A DNA stretch of 64,000 nt from assembly GCA_964519015.1 (NCBI GenBank), contig CAZFHZ010000002.1:397-64396 (forward strand), in the 5' to 3' direction. The stretch comes from an uncultured Gemmatimonadota bacterium. GTDB lineage: Bacteria > Blakebacterota > Blakebacteria > Blakebacterales > CAYUVJ01. The first letter of the stretch is position 1, and each line of letters begins with the position of its first letter. This document shows positions 36,453 to 45,365 of the stretch, piece by piece. Made by a program: the position numbers and the translations under genes. The notes beneath the pieces were generated by a model. That model saw only the letters and a program-made list of their open reading frames with translations, had not been told where the DNA came from and searched no databases.

Positions 36453-37907
36453 TTGATGCGGATGCGCTATCTCCCGCTGGTCACCATCCTCCTGCTGGGT
36501 CCTTCCGTCGCTGCCGCAACCGTTCCCCCCGACACTACCCTGGCCGTACTCCTGCACAGCCACGCCCTCTTCGACACCTACGGTTCCGAGGGGCCGGTCC
36601 GGCTGCAGCAGGCCGCCCGGGAGGCGGGGATCGGGGCGGTCGTGCTCACCGAGCAACTGGTCGCCGACTGGACCTGGGCTCCTCCCCTCCTGCGGCTCTT
36701 CGGCGGCGCCCGCCTGCGTCGGGTGTCGGTGAGCAGCTACGGAATCGAGCGCTACTTCCGGGAAGTCACCGAGGCCGACCGGCAGGTGCCGGAAGTGATC
36801 CTGATCGCCGGTGTCGAGGCCGCGCCCTACTACCGCTGGAGCGGTGCCCCCTGGTCGGGTTCGCTCACCATGTGGGACTGGCAGCGCAACCTGCTCGTCC
36901 TCGGTCTCCCGGAGCCTTCGGACTACGAGCACCTCCCGGTGGTGGGCCTGCGGAGCCGGCTGATCGCCTCGCCACGCGACCTGCCCTGGCTCGTGCTGGT
37001 GGTGGCGACCGGCTTCGCCTTCCTGGTCGCACTCAACCGTCTCCGGGTCCTCCCCACCCTGCTCGCCCTCACCCTGTTCGGTCTCCTGATCTGGTCGGGC
37101 CCCCCCCCACCCGCCCCCTTCTCCCCCTACGGACCCGACCCCGGCGTGCGTCCCTGGCAGACCTTCATCGACAGCGTGCGGGCCCGGGGTGGACTGGCGA
37201 TGTGGACGCAGGTGGAGGCGGTGGACGACAGCCGTCCGCTCCGGGGATGGGTTCACATCCACACCGACCCTCACCCCCAGGTGCTCCTGGATACCTGGGA
37301 TTATCAGATGCTCGGAGTGATCTACCCTTCCTCCTCGTCGGCCCAGGAGCCCGGACGTGAGTGGGACCAGGCCCTGCTCGCCTATCTGGCCGGCCAGCGG
37401 GCCGAGCCCGTCTGGGGGTGGGGGGAGTCGGCCCTCCACTACCCCTCGCAGGTCACCGGCGGTGCCAGTGGGAAACGGGTGGACGAGGTACTCAGTTTCG
37501 TCCGGACCCCTTCCGCCTCCCCCCGGGACATTTTGGCCGCGCTGGCCGCTGGGCATGGCTGGTCGGCACGCTCGGCCGTAGCGCCGGGAAGGCTCGAGCT
37601 GGCAGGATTCGCGGCGGTCCGGGGTGGGCAATCGGCCGGCAGTGGGGAGTGGCTGGAGGGGACGGGACCGCTGCGGGTCGAAGCGGCCTGGCGGTTCGAA
37701 GGACCCGATCCCCCGCTGGTGCGTGCCCGCCTGGTGAGGGACGGCCGGGTGGTGGTCGAACGGTCCGGCCGTGGAGCGATGGGACTGGACTGGGTGGAGC
37801 CGGTCGGAGCCGCCGGTGAGCAGCACTTTTTCCGGCTCGAGGTGGACAGCCAGGCCTACCGGTTGTTGACCAATCCAGTGTTCGTTCGTTTCGGGGAACG
37901 CCGATGA
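36453..37907 (+). CDS. Exported PHP-like (amidohydrolase-fold) protein
   Basis: Signal peptide; LHSH, GIGAVVLTEQ, LIAGVE matching the layout of PHP motifs; internal TM hairpin; C-terminal beta-domain ending LLTNPVF. Confidence 0.6.
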   Translation: MMRMRYLPLVTILLLGPSVAAATVPPDTTLAVLLHSHALFDTYGSEGPVRLQQAAREAGIGAVVLTEQLVADWTWAPPLLRLFGGARLRRVSVSSYGIERYFREVTEADRQVPEVILIAGVEAAPYYRWSGAPWSGSLTMWDWQRNLLVLGLPEPSDYEHLPVVGLRSRLIASPRDLPWLVLVVATGFAFLVALNRLRVLPTLLALTLFGLLIWSGPPPPAPFSPYGPDPGVRPWQTFIDSVRARGGLAMWTQVEAVDDSRPLRGWVHIHTDPHPQVLLDTWDYQMLGVIYPSSSSAQEPGREWDQALLAYLAGQRAEPVWGWGESALHYPSQVTGGASGKRVDEVLSFVRTPSASPRDILAALAAGHGWSARSAVAPGRLELAGFAAVRGGQSAGSGEWLEGTGPLRVEAAWRFEGPDPPLVRARLVRDGRVVVERSGRGAMGLDWVEPVGAAGEQHFFRLEVDSQAYRLLTNPVFVRFGERR

Positions 37908-38605
37908 TCCTCGCTGTACACCAGCCGCAGTACTTACCCTGGTCGGGCTACCTGGACAAGATCGATCGGGCGGACCGTTTCGTGCTGCTCGATACCGTGC
38001 AGTTCAAGAAGGGGGAGTGGCAGAACCGTAACCGCATCAAGACCGCCGCCGGCTGGCAGTGGCTCACCGTACCCATCCTGCACGACCATGGCCAGGCCAT
38101 CCGCGAGGTCCGGATCGATCCGGCGCGGGACACCTGGGGCCGCAAACACCAGGAAGCCCTCCGGACCAACTACGCGGCCACGCCGTACTACGACTGGGTG
38201 CGGGCGGCCCTCGACCCGGTCTGGGAGGGGAAGTGGGAATGGCTGGCCCCCCTCAACCGGGCCACGGTGGAGGCTCTGACCGGACTGCTGGGCATCACCA
38301 CTCCGATCTGTCCAGCCTCGGAACTGGGAGAGACCCCCGAGCAACCCGACGAGCGCCTCATCGAGCTCTGCCGCCGGCTGGGCGCCGACACCTACCTGGC
38401 TGGCGCGGGGGGTGGTGCCTATATGGAACTCGATCGCTGGGAGAAGGCGGGCATCCGGGTCGAGGTACAGCGTTTCATCCACCCCGAGTATGCGCAGCCT
38501 TTCGGCGACTTCCTTCCCGCCATGTCGGCCGTGGACCTACTATGCAACTGCGGGCCCGGGGCCCTGGCACTGCTGCGCAGCGCCAACGGGCGCCCGGCCG
38601 GCTGA
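37904..38605 (+). CDS. WbqC-family protein
   Basis: MILAVHQPQYLPW.GY.DKI, DTVQF.K..WQNRNRI, LTVPI, YLAGAGG..Y, MSAVDLLCN.GP. Confidence 0.93.
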   Translation: MILAVHQPQYLPWSGYLDKIDRADRFVLLDTVQFKKGEWQNRNRIKTAAGWQWLTVPILHDHGQAIREVRIDPARDTWGRKHQEALRTNYAATPYYDWVRAALDPVWEGKWEWLAPLNRATVEALTGLLGITTPICPASELGETPEQPDERLIELCRRLGADTYLAGAGGGAYMELDRWEKAGIRVEVQRFIHPEYAQPFGDFLPAMSAVDLLCNCGPGALALLRSANGRPAG

Positions 38606-38618
38606 GAGGGGAGTCCCC

Positions 38619-39254
38619 ATGAACGTCCCGGACGAGCGGATCGATATCCTGGCCATCGGGTCCCACCCTGATGACATCGAGTACGGCTGCGGCGGGACCC
38701 TCATCAAGTACACCGACGCGGGACATCGGGTATTCCTCTATGTGGCCACACAGGGATCGTTCGGGGGCGAGCCGGGGATCCGCCGGCAGGAGATGGAGGA
38801 ATCCGCCCGGCTCATGGGGATCGAAGAACTCATCTGGGGGGACTACACCGACACCCGGATCCCCCTCTCCCAGGAAGTCATCGAGGAGATGGAGGGCATC
38901 ATCCGCCGGGTCCGGCCCCGCTTCATCTTCACCCACTGGCATGACGACACCCATCAGGACCACCGGCATCTGACGGCCTGTACCCTGTCGGCCACCCGCT
39001 ACATCCCGAACTTCCTCCTCTACGAGGGACCCACTTCCCAGAACTTCAACGCCAACGTCTTCGTGGACATCACCGCCGTGCTGAAGCGCAAGATGGGCCT
39101 GCTGGAAGCCCACGCCTCCCAGATGACCAAGACCCACATCGAGGAGACCTCGATCCTGGACATGGCCCGGAGCGCCGCGACCTTCCGCGGTATCCAGGCC
39201 CGCGTGCGTTATGCCGAGGGTTTCGCCAGCCAGCGCCTGCTGATCAATGTCTGA
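38619..39254 (+). CDS. PIG-L family deacetylase
   Basis: IGSHPDDIEYGCGGTL, R.QEM, THWHDDTHQDH, HASQ; ATG at 38619. Confidence 0.93.
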   Translation: MNVPDERIDILAIGSHPDDIEYGCGGTLIKYTDAGHRVFLYVATQGSFGGEPGIRRQEMEESARLMGIEELIWGDYTDTRIPLSQEVIEEMEGIIRRVRPRFIFTHWHDDTHQDHRHLTACTLSATRYIPNFLLYEGPTSQNFNANVFVDITAVLKRKMGLLEAHASQMTKTHIEETSILDMARSAATFRGIQARVRYAEGFASQRLLINV

Positions 39255-40305
39255 GCCCATCCCCCACTCGCGTCCGACCCTGGGTGAGGCCGAGGAAGCC
39301 GCTCTGCTGCGCGTGGTGCGCAGCGGCCAGCTCGCCCAGGGCCCGGAGGTCGCGGCCCTGGAACACGAGGCCGCCCCGCTGCTCGGGCACCTGGACGGGG
39401 TGGCCTGCGGATCGGGCAGCCAGGCCCTGCTGCTCGCCCTGAGCACGCTCGGTCTGGGGGCCGGCCGGCGGGTGGCCCTGCCCGCGTTCACCTGTTCGGC
39501 CGTGCTGCACGCCGTCCAGTGGGCCGGGGCCGAGCCCGTGCTGCTCGACAACGCCCCGGAAGGGATCGCACCGGGGGTGGCGGAACTGGCTGCGGCCGGC
39601 CCCATCGAGGGGGTAGTGCTGGTCCACCCCTGGGGCTATCCGCTCGAGCTGTCACCTTGGCGGGAGGTAACCGTCCCAATCATCGAGGACTGCGCCGGCA
39701 GTGTGGGGGCTTCCCGGGAGGGGGTACCGGTCGGCGCCACCGGGGATGCCGCCATCCTCTCCTTCTACGCGACCAAGATGCTCTGTGCCGGAGAGGGGGG
39801 ACTGCTGGCCGCCCCCGATCCCGTCCTGTTGGAGCGGGCACGCGACCGGCGCGACTACGATGGCCGGTCGGAGTGGGCGATGCGTTTCAATTTCAAACTG
39901 AGCGACCTGCAGGCCGCCGTGGCGCGCGTGCAGGTGGCCCGGCTCCCCTCGTTCCTCGAACGCCGCCGCCGGCTGGCCGCACGATACGACCAGGAGGTCC
40001 CCGGCCTCGGTCTGACCCCGGTCGCCGCCGGCCCGGGGGCGGACCCCTCGTTCTTCCGCTACCTCTGCTGGGCCCGCGGGGACATCACGGAACTGCTGGC
40101 CCACTGCGAAGAACGCGGGGTACACTGCCGGCGACCAGTGCCGGTCACCCTGGATGTGCTGCTGGGGACGGGCCGCCGGCCACACGTCCGGGAGGCCTTC
40201 CACCGTCTGATCAGCCTGCCCCTCTACCCCTCGCTGACCGAGGAGGAGCAGCAGCGCGTGCTGGAGGTGCTGGCTGGGGGCCCGGTCCCGGGAGGGATGG
40301 TGTGA
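39247..40305 (+). CDS. DegT/DnrJ/EryC1/StrS aminotransferase
   Basis: SGSQAL, IIEDCA, PLP lysine motif SFYATKML..GEGG, FNFKLSDLQAA, SLPLYPSL. Confidence 0.93.
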   Translation: MSEPIPHSRPTLGEAEEAALLRVVRSGQLAQGPEVAALEHEAAPLLGHLDGVACGSGSQALLLALSTLGLGAGRRVALPAFTCSAVLHAVQWAGAEPVLLDNAPEGIAPGVAELAAAGPIEGVVLVHPWGYPLELSPWREVTVPIIEDCAGSVGASREGVPVGATGDAAILSFYATKMLCAGEGGLLAAPDPVLLERARDRRDYDGRSEWAMRFNFKLSDLQAAVARVQVARLPSFLERRRRLAARYDQEVPGLGLTPVAAGPGADPSFFRYLCWARGDITELLAHCEERGVHCRRPVPVTLDVLLGTGRRPHVREAFHRLISLPLYPSLTEEEQQRVLEVLAGGPVPGGMV

Positions 40306-41465
40306 AGCGGATCACCCTCATCGCGACCCCCGCCGCGCTCCTGCTCACGCTCCTCTTCCTCTGGCTCCGGCAGCGGGTGGAGACTCCCGACTGGTTGAAC
40401 TGGGGCGGTCCCGGTCTGCTCTCCGCTCTGGTGACCTTGGGACTGGTCCCACTCCTGCAGGCACTCGCCGGCCGCATCGGACTGCTCGACCACCCTGACG
40501 CCCGCAAACAGCACCAGGGAGCGGTCCCGCTGGTCGGAGGCCTGGCCATCTACGGCGGGATGCTGGTCACGGTCCTGGTCTACCCGGTCTACCTGCTGAA
40601 CCCGGCGGTACGTGCCATCCTGCTGGCCGGTGGTCTCCTGCTGGTCATCGGGGTCATGGACGACCTGTTCGAGGTCCAAGCGTCGGTCAAGCTGCTCTTC
40701 CAGGTGTCGGCCGTGGCGGTGGTCATGAGCGGCGGTGTGATGGTGACTTTCCTGCCGGCCGTCTGGTGGGGAGTCGGGCTGGAAGTCCTTATCACCGCGA
40801 TCTGGCTCATCGGGGTGACCAACGCGGTCAACTTCCTGGACGGGGTGGACGGACTGGCGACCTCGCTCACCATCATCGCCGCCCTCGCCTTCGGGCTGGT
40901 GGCCGTCCAGACGAGCCAGCCTTTCTTCCTGCTGCTCTGTGCCGCCCTGGCGGGGGCGTGTTTGGGTTTCCTCCCCTATAATTTCCGCCCCCGGCCGGCT
41001 TCCGCCTTCCTGGGGGATGCCGGAGCCACCCTGCTCGGGTTCCTGCTGGCCTCGATCGCGATCGTCGGGGAGTGGGGAGGATCGGGCGGGATGACCCTCG
41101 ATCTCATCGTACCACTGCTCATCCTGGGAGTGCCCATCTTCGACACCACCTTCATCACCATCACCCGGATCGCGGACGGTCGGATCCGCACCTTTCGGGA
41201 GTGGCTGGAGTACACCGGCCGGGATCACTTCCACCACCGGCTGCTCAAGCTGGGCTTGAACCGCTTCGATGCGGTGGGTTTCATCTGCCTGCTCAGCGCG
41301 ATCCTGGCCCTGAGCGCCATCATCCTGAGGGGCGCCAGCGGCGCTTTGCCCATCCTGTCCCTGCTTCAGGGTGTTATAATCCTCTCCATCATCGGACGCT
41401 TCATGCTCTTCATCGAACATCGCGACCGCGTCAAGGAAGGGAGTCGGAATGGTTCGGCTGGCTGA
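40302..41465 (+). CDS. WecA/MraY-family undecaprenyl-phosphate sugar-1-phosphate transferase
   Basis: DHPDARKQH..PLVGG, GVMDD, TNAVNFLDGVDGL, YNF.P...FLGDAG, DHFHHRL; GTG at 40302. Confidence 0.93.
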   Translation: MKRITLIATPAALLLTLLFLWLRQRVETPDWLNWGGPGLLSALVTLGLVPLLQALAGRIGLLDHPDARKQHQGAVPLVGGLAIYGGMLVTVLVYPVYLLNPAVRAILLAGGLLLVIGVMDDLFEVQASVKLLFQVSAVAVVMSGGVMVTFLPAVWWGVGLEVLITAIWLIGVTNAVNFLDGVDGLATSLTIIAALAFGLVAVQTSQPFFLLLCAALAGACLGFLPYNFRPRPASAFLGDAGATLLGFLLASIAIVGEWGGSGGMTLDLIVPLLILGVPIFDTTFITITRIADGRIRTFREWLEYTGRDHFHHRLLKLGLNRFDAVGFICLLSAILALSAIILRGASGALPILSLLQGVIILSIIGRFMLFIEHRDRVKEGSRNGSAG

Positions 41466-43044
41466 TGTCCTACCGGGGGGTAAGGGACCTCAGAAGCCAG
41501 GTACCCCCGAGACACCCACGTCGGAGAGCCCGCCCGAAGTGCTCATCCTGACGGCCCGTGAGGAGATCGTGGACCTGGTCCGAAGTGCCGTTGAAGAACG
41601 CGGCTGGCGTCTTCACCGGGCCGGGTCGGCGGAGGAAGTGCTGGAACGTCTCCGCCTGCTCACCCGGGTACGGGTAGTGCTGGACGGACATCATGATGGG
41701 ACCCCGAGTCTGATCGACCATTCCGCGCTCGATTCCCGGACCTGGGTTGTCCTGGTCGACGAGACCTCGATGAAGGAAGCGTCGTTCCAGGCCTTACCGG
41801 AAACCCGCAAGCTCGGTCCGACGGTCGATCCCCAGGAATTGTTCGCGCGGCTCCAGCCGGCCACCGCGGCCTCTGCCCGGACCGAATCCGGCCGGGTGTT
41901 CACCCGACCGGTCCCGGTGCCCCCGCCGGTCACCGAGCCGGTCGCTCCTCCGGTCGCGAAGACTCCTCCCTCGCCGAGTCCGCCTCCGGTGGCGCAACCC
42001 TCACCGAAGCCGGCCGCTCCTGCCCCCCCGCGGACGCTCCAGCCCCAGGCGCCGCTCCGGGCCCCGGTTCCCCCTCCCACCCCGACGGCCACCCCCCGGG
42101 TCGCCCCGGCGACCACCCCCGCACCGGTCAGGAGCCGGGGACCCTACGAAGTCACCGTCGCCGCGATCGCCACATTCCTCAAGGGGCATCGCAACCGGTC
42201 CAATCCACCCCTCAACGAAATCGCCGAGGCAGTTACCGGACTCATCAAGGGTGCCCGCACTTCCAACGAAGACTTCCTCAAGATGATTGAGCCCCGGCCG
42301 GAGTTCGAGGAGGTCGACCTCTTCCTGGCTTATCACCAGGTCAACACTACCATCCTGGTCAACAAGATCGGCCGCGGACGGCACCTCCCCGACCAGGAGC
42401 TCTTCGAATTGTCCCTGGCGGCGGCCATTCACGATGTGGGTATGACCCGGTTACCTGAGGGACTGATCGCCCGGCCGGGGAAACTCGACCCGTCAGGCTA
42501 CTCACAGATCAAGCAGCACCCGGCTTACGGCCGCGACATCGTAAAGGCGTACGCAGACGCCTACCCCTGGCTGCCCCAGGTGGTCTACCAGGAACATGAG
42601 CGCTTCGACGGATCGGGCTATCCGGAAGGACTCAAGGGGGAGGCGATCCACAAGTACGCCCAGATCATCGGACTGGCCGATACCTACGAGGCCCTGACCC
42701 ACCCGCGTACGTTCCGGGAGAGCATGATCCCATTCAACGTGCTCCAGCAGCTCATCCGGCTTGGCGGGAGGCTCTTCCCCAGTGACCTGGTCAAGGCGTT
42801 CATCCAGGAGATCAGCGTCTTCCCTCTGGGTTCCGATGTCCGTCTCAGCACCGGCGAGGTGGGCACCGTCGTGGAGATCAACCAGGGCTATCCCCTGCGC
42901 CCATTGGTCCAGATCCACTTCTCTTCGACCGGAGTCCCGCTGGGAGAGGAGGAGCGGCGGGTGGATCTGAGACAGGAACCGATGATCTATATCACCGGTC
43001 CGGTTGATGCGCGGGAGAAGAAGCCGGGCGCAAGTATCGGTTGA
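41449..43044 (+). CDS. HD-GYP domain protein with receiver-like N-terminus and Pro-rich linker
   Basis: AIHDVGM, IKQHP, EHERFDGSGYPEGLKG, LADTYEALTHPR.FR, VFPLGS.VRLSTGE.G.VV. Confidence 0.9.
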   Translation: MVRLADVLPGGKGPQKPGTPETPTSESPPEVLILTAREEIVDLVRSAVEERGWRLHRAGSAEEVLERLRLLTRVRVVLDGHHDGTPSLIDHSALDSRTWVVLVDETSMKEASFQALPETRKLGPTVDPQELFARLQPATAASARTESGRVFTRPVPVPPPVTEPVAPPVAKTPPSPSPPPVAQPSPKPAAPAPPRTLQPQAPLRAPVPPPTPTATPRVAPATTPAPVRSRGPYEVTVAAIATFLKGHRNRSNPPLNEIAEAVTGLIKGARTSNEDFLKMIEPRPEFEEVDLFLAYHQVNTTILVNKIGRGRHLPDQELFELSLAAAIHDVGMTRLPEGLIARPGKLDPSGYSQIKQHPAYGRDIVKAYADAYPWLPQVVYQEHERFDGSGYPEGLKGEAIHKYAQIIGLADTYEALTHPRTFRESMIPFNVLQQLIRLGGRLFPSDLVKAFIQEISVFPLGSDVRLSTGEVGTVVEINQGYPLRPLVQIHFSSTGVPLGEEERRVDLRQEPMIYITGPVDAREKKPGASIG

Positions 43045-43071
43045 TCCGGCCCGCACCCCTCTACCTGGACG

Positions 43072-43098
43072 AAAAAGAGCGGCTCGCGCCGCCCTTTT
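43072..43098. terminator. Bidirectional rho-independent terminator between convergent genes
   Basis: AAAAAGAGCGG-CTCGCG-CCGCCCTTTT, with A/T tracts on both sides. Confidence 0.65.
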
Positions 43099-43122
43099 CG
43101 CTGCTCCCTTCCGCTGGAACTG

Positions 43123-44037
43123 TCAGGCCGGCGGGATCCGGGTCTTGACGGTGTCGGGCTTTTCAGTGACGTACTTTTCCCGGTTGGTGATCAGTTCGAT
43201 CTGGTGGTTCGCATTCTGCCGCCACATGGCGTCCCGGCTCGCCTGCCGGAAGACGGCGGTGGCCTCATCCCACTTCTCCTGGTTCTTCAGCGCCATCCCC
43301 TTCTCGTAGAGGGCGCCGCCGTTGCCCGGCTGCCGCTCCAGGGCTTTATCCGCGGCCTCGATGGCGGCGGCATAGTCCCCCATGGCGTTGAGCACGTTGG
43401 CCTGCTGGAAGTAGGGCTCCCACCAGTTGGGCTCCTTCTGGATGGCCAGGGAGAAGTTCATCAGCGCCGTCGACCAGTCCCCCTTCTCCCGGTAGATCCG
43501 GCCCATGTAGTTGTAGGCGTGCTCGTTGTCGGGTTCCCACTGGATCACCTTGCCGAAGGCCACCAGCGCTTCGTCGTTCCGCCCCTGCTCCATGAGGATC
43601 GCCCCGAGGTTGAAGGGGGCTTTCGAGTAGGTCCGACCGGTCCGATCGCAGGCCTGGATGGCGTTGGTATAAGCCTCGATCGCCCTGTTCAGGTCGTTCT
43701 TCTCCTTATAGGCCTCGCCCAGTGCAAAGTACGCTTGATGGTAATCCGTATTGAACTTGACCGCGGCCTCGTACTGTTCGATGGCCGGATCGAGCTGGCG
43801 CAACTGCTTGTAGGTCATCCCGGCCAGGTAGTGGGCCAGGTAAAATCCAGGCTGCAGTTTGGTCGCCTCGATCAGCAGGTTCAGAGCGTCCTGGTACTTA
43901 CCCTCCCGGTAAAGGGCGAGCGCATCATTGTACTTCTTCCCTGCCTCCGGATTGATCTGCGGCTGCCCTTGCGCTCCGGCCACCACCGGGAGCAGCAGCA
44001 GGGCGAGCAGGGATAGAACCGAAACGGTCCGCTTCAT
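43123..44037 (-). CDS. Secreted tetratricopeptide-repeat protein
   Basis: Signal peptide (LLALLLLPVVAGA); about 7 TPR-like repeats (AHYLAG, AYFALG, APFNLG, AYNYMG, ALYEKG). Confidence 0.9.
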   Translation of the reverse strand: MKRTVSVLSLLALLLLPVVAGAQGQPQINPEAGKKYNDALALYREGKYQDALNLLIEATKLQPGFYLAHYLAGMTYKQLRQLDPAIEQYEAAVKFNTDYHQAYFALGEAYKEKNDLNRAIEAYTNAIQACDRTGRTYSKAPFNLGAILMEQGRNDEALVAFGKVIQWEPDNEHAYNYMGRIYREKGDWSTALMNFSLAIQKEPNWWEPYFQQANVLNAMGDYAAAIEAADKALERQPGNGGALYEKGMALKNQEKWDEATAVFRQASRDAMWRQNANHQIELITNREKYVTEKPDTVKTRIPPA

Positions 44038-44085
44038 ACAGGCTTCCTCCCGAAAACGTAACGACCCATCTTACAACAGCTACAC

Positions 44086-44115
44086 AGGTTACGAATCGGG
44101 TCCCGATACCGTCAA
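44086..44115 (-). promoter_or_regulatory. Possible sigma70 promoter of the TPR gene
   Basis: TTGACG-N18-TAACCT on the minus strand. Confidence 0.35.
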
Positions 44116-44193
44116 GCCCTGATTGGAGCGCTCGCCGATCCCGGTCGGGACCCACCCGTCCGGCAGGTAGGACGCACGGCCCCCCCCGGACCT

Positions 44194-45351
44194 TTACTCC
44201 TTTCCACCGGTGAAGACCACCTCCAGTCCCCGCCCGGCCAGGGCGGCCAGGAAGGGATCGGCCGGCACGGCGCTCTCCGGCGGGAGCACGCCGCGGCGGT
44301 CGATCGTGCCGTCCGCCTGCATCAGGGTGATGGCGGCCGCCGGCAGTGCTGTAGTGCGCTGCATGGCCGAGAGGCCGGTCACCGGGTCGGCCCGGTCGAT
44401 CAACTCGAAGTCCGCCGTTCGCCCGGTCCGGGAGACGGCGCTCACCCGCAGCAGGACCACGTCCGTGTCGTCGTCTTCCAGGGCCGCGCGGAACCGTTCC
44501 TCGACCATGCGTCGCGGGGCCAGCCGGAGGCCGTCCACCTCGACCGACTCCGGGGAGAAGAGTCCGAGCGCCAGCAGCCCTTCCATGATGGCATAGTGCC
44601 CCGGATAGCGCAGGGTCTTGTAATCCAGTTCCCGGACCCGACCGGCCAGGGTACGGGCCAGGGTGGAACTGCCCCCCGAAGTGTGACGGGCTTCCAGCTC
44701 GCCGAAGGGGGCGGGGAAAGTGACCTGTTCCGGGCCGGTGAGGGGAGCCACTTCGAACGGCTCCCCCCCCCGCAGCACCCGGCAGGGTTCCACGTACTCG
44801 TTGACCAGCCCGGCCGGCGAGAAGACCAGCTTGTAGAACAGGGGTGGGCGGGGGTGAGCCGGCAGACCTCCGACCCGGATCTGGATCCGGTCGCACTCCG
44901 GCAGTCGTTCCAGCAGGGTCGCCGCCAGCACGTTGGTGGTACCGGGCGCGAGTCCGCAATCGGGGATCACCAACACTCCCGCGGCCGCCGCTTCCCGGTC
45001 GAGTGCCAGCTGGTGGTCGACCACCTCGGGGTTGCCCCCCAGATCGCACAGGTGCACTCCTGCCCGGATGGCTGCCCGGGTGGTGCCCAGGTTGAGCCGG
45101 TAGGGAAGCGCGCACAGGGCGGCGCGGTGGCCGGTCAGGAGTTCGGCGGTGGTCGCCTCGGCGGAGAGATCGGCCCGGAGGGGGACCAGCCGGTCCCGGT
45201 CAGTTCCCCGTTCTTCCAGGAAGCCGAGCGCGTCCTCGAGTACCCGGGGGTCTCTCTCGACCAGGGTGACCGACCCGATCCCGGGCTGCCGGGCCAGGTC
45301 CCAGGCGGCGGCCCGCCCCATGAGCCCGGCGCCCAGGACGGCGAGGCGCAT
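44194..45351 (-). CDS. Saccharopine dehydrogenase-like oxidoreductase (lysine 6-dehydrogenase family)
   Basis: MRLAVLGAGLMG, CDLGG, PDCGLAPG, RVGGLP, GLVNEY, YKTLRYPGH, AMQRTT; ATG at 45351. Confidence 0.9.
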   Translation of the reverse strand: MRLAVLGAGLMGRAAAWDLARQPGIGSVTLVERDPRVLEDALGFLEERGTDRDRLVPLRADLSAEATTAELLTGHRAALCALPYRLNLGTTRAAIRAGVHLCDLGGNPEVVDHQLALDREAAAAGVLVIPDCGLAPGTTNVLAATLLERLPECDRIQIRVGGLPAHPRPPLFYKLVFSPAGLVNEYVEPCRVLRGGEPFEVAPLTGPEQVTFPAPFGELEARHTSGGSSTLARTLAGRVRELDYKTLRYPGHYAIMEGLLALGLFSPESVEVDGLRLAPRRMVEERFRAALEDDDTDVVLLRVSAVSRTGRTADFELIDRADPVTGLSAMQRTTALPAAAITLMQADGTIDRRGVLPPESAVPADPFLAALAGRGLEVVFTGGKE

Positions 45352-45365
45352 CGGACCGGCTGTGC

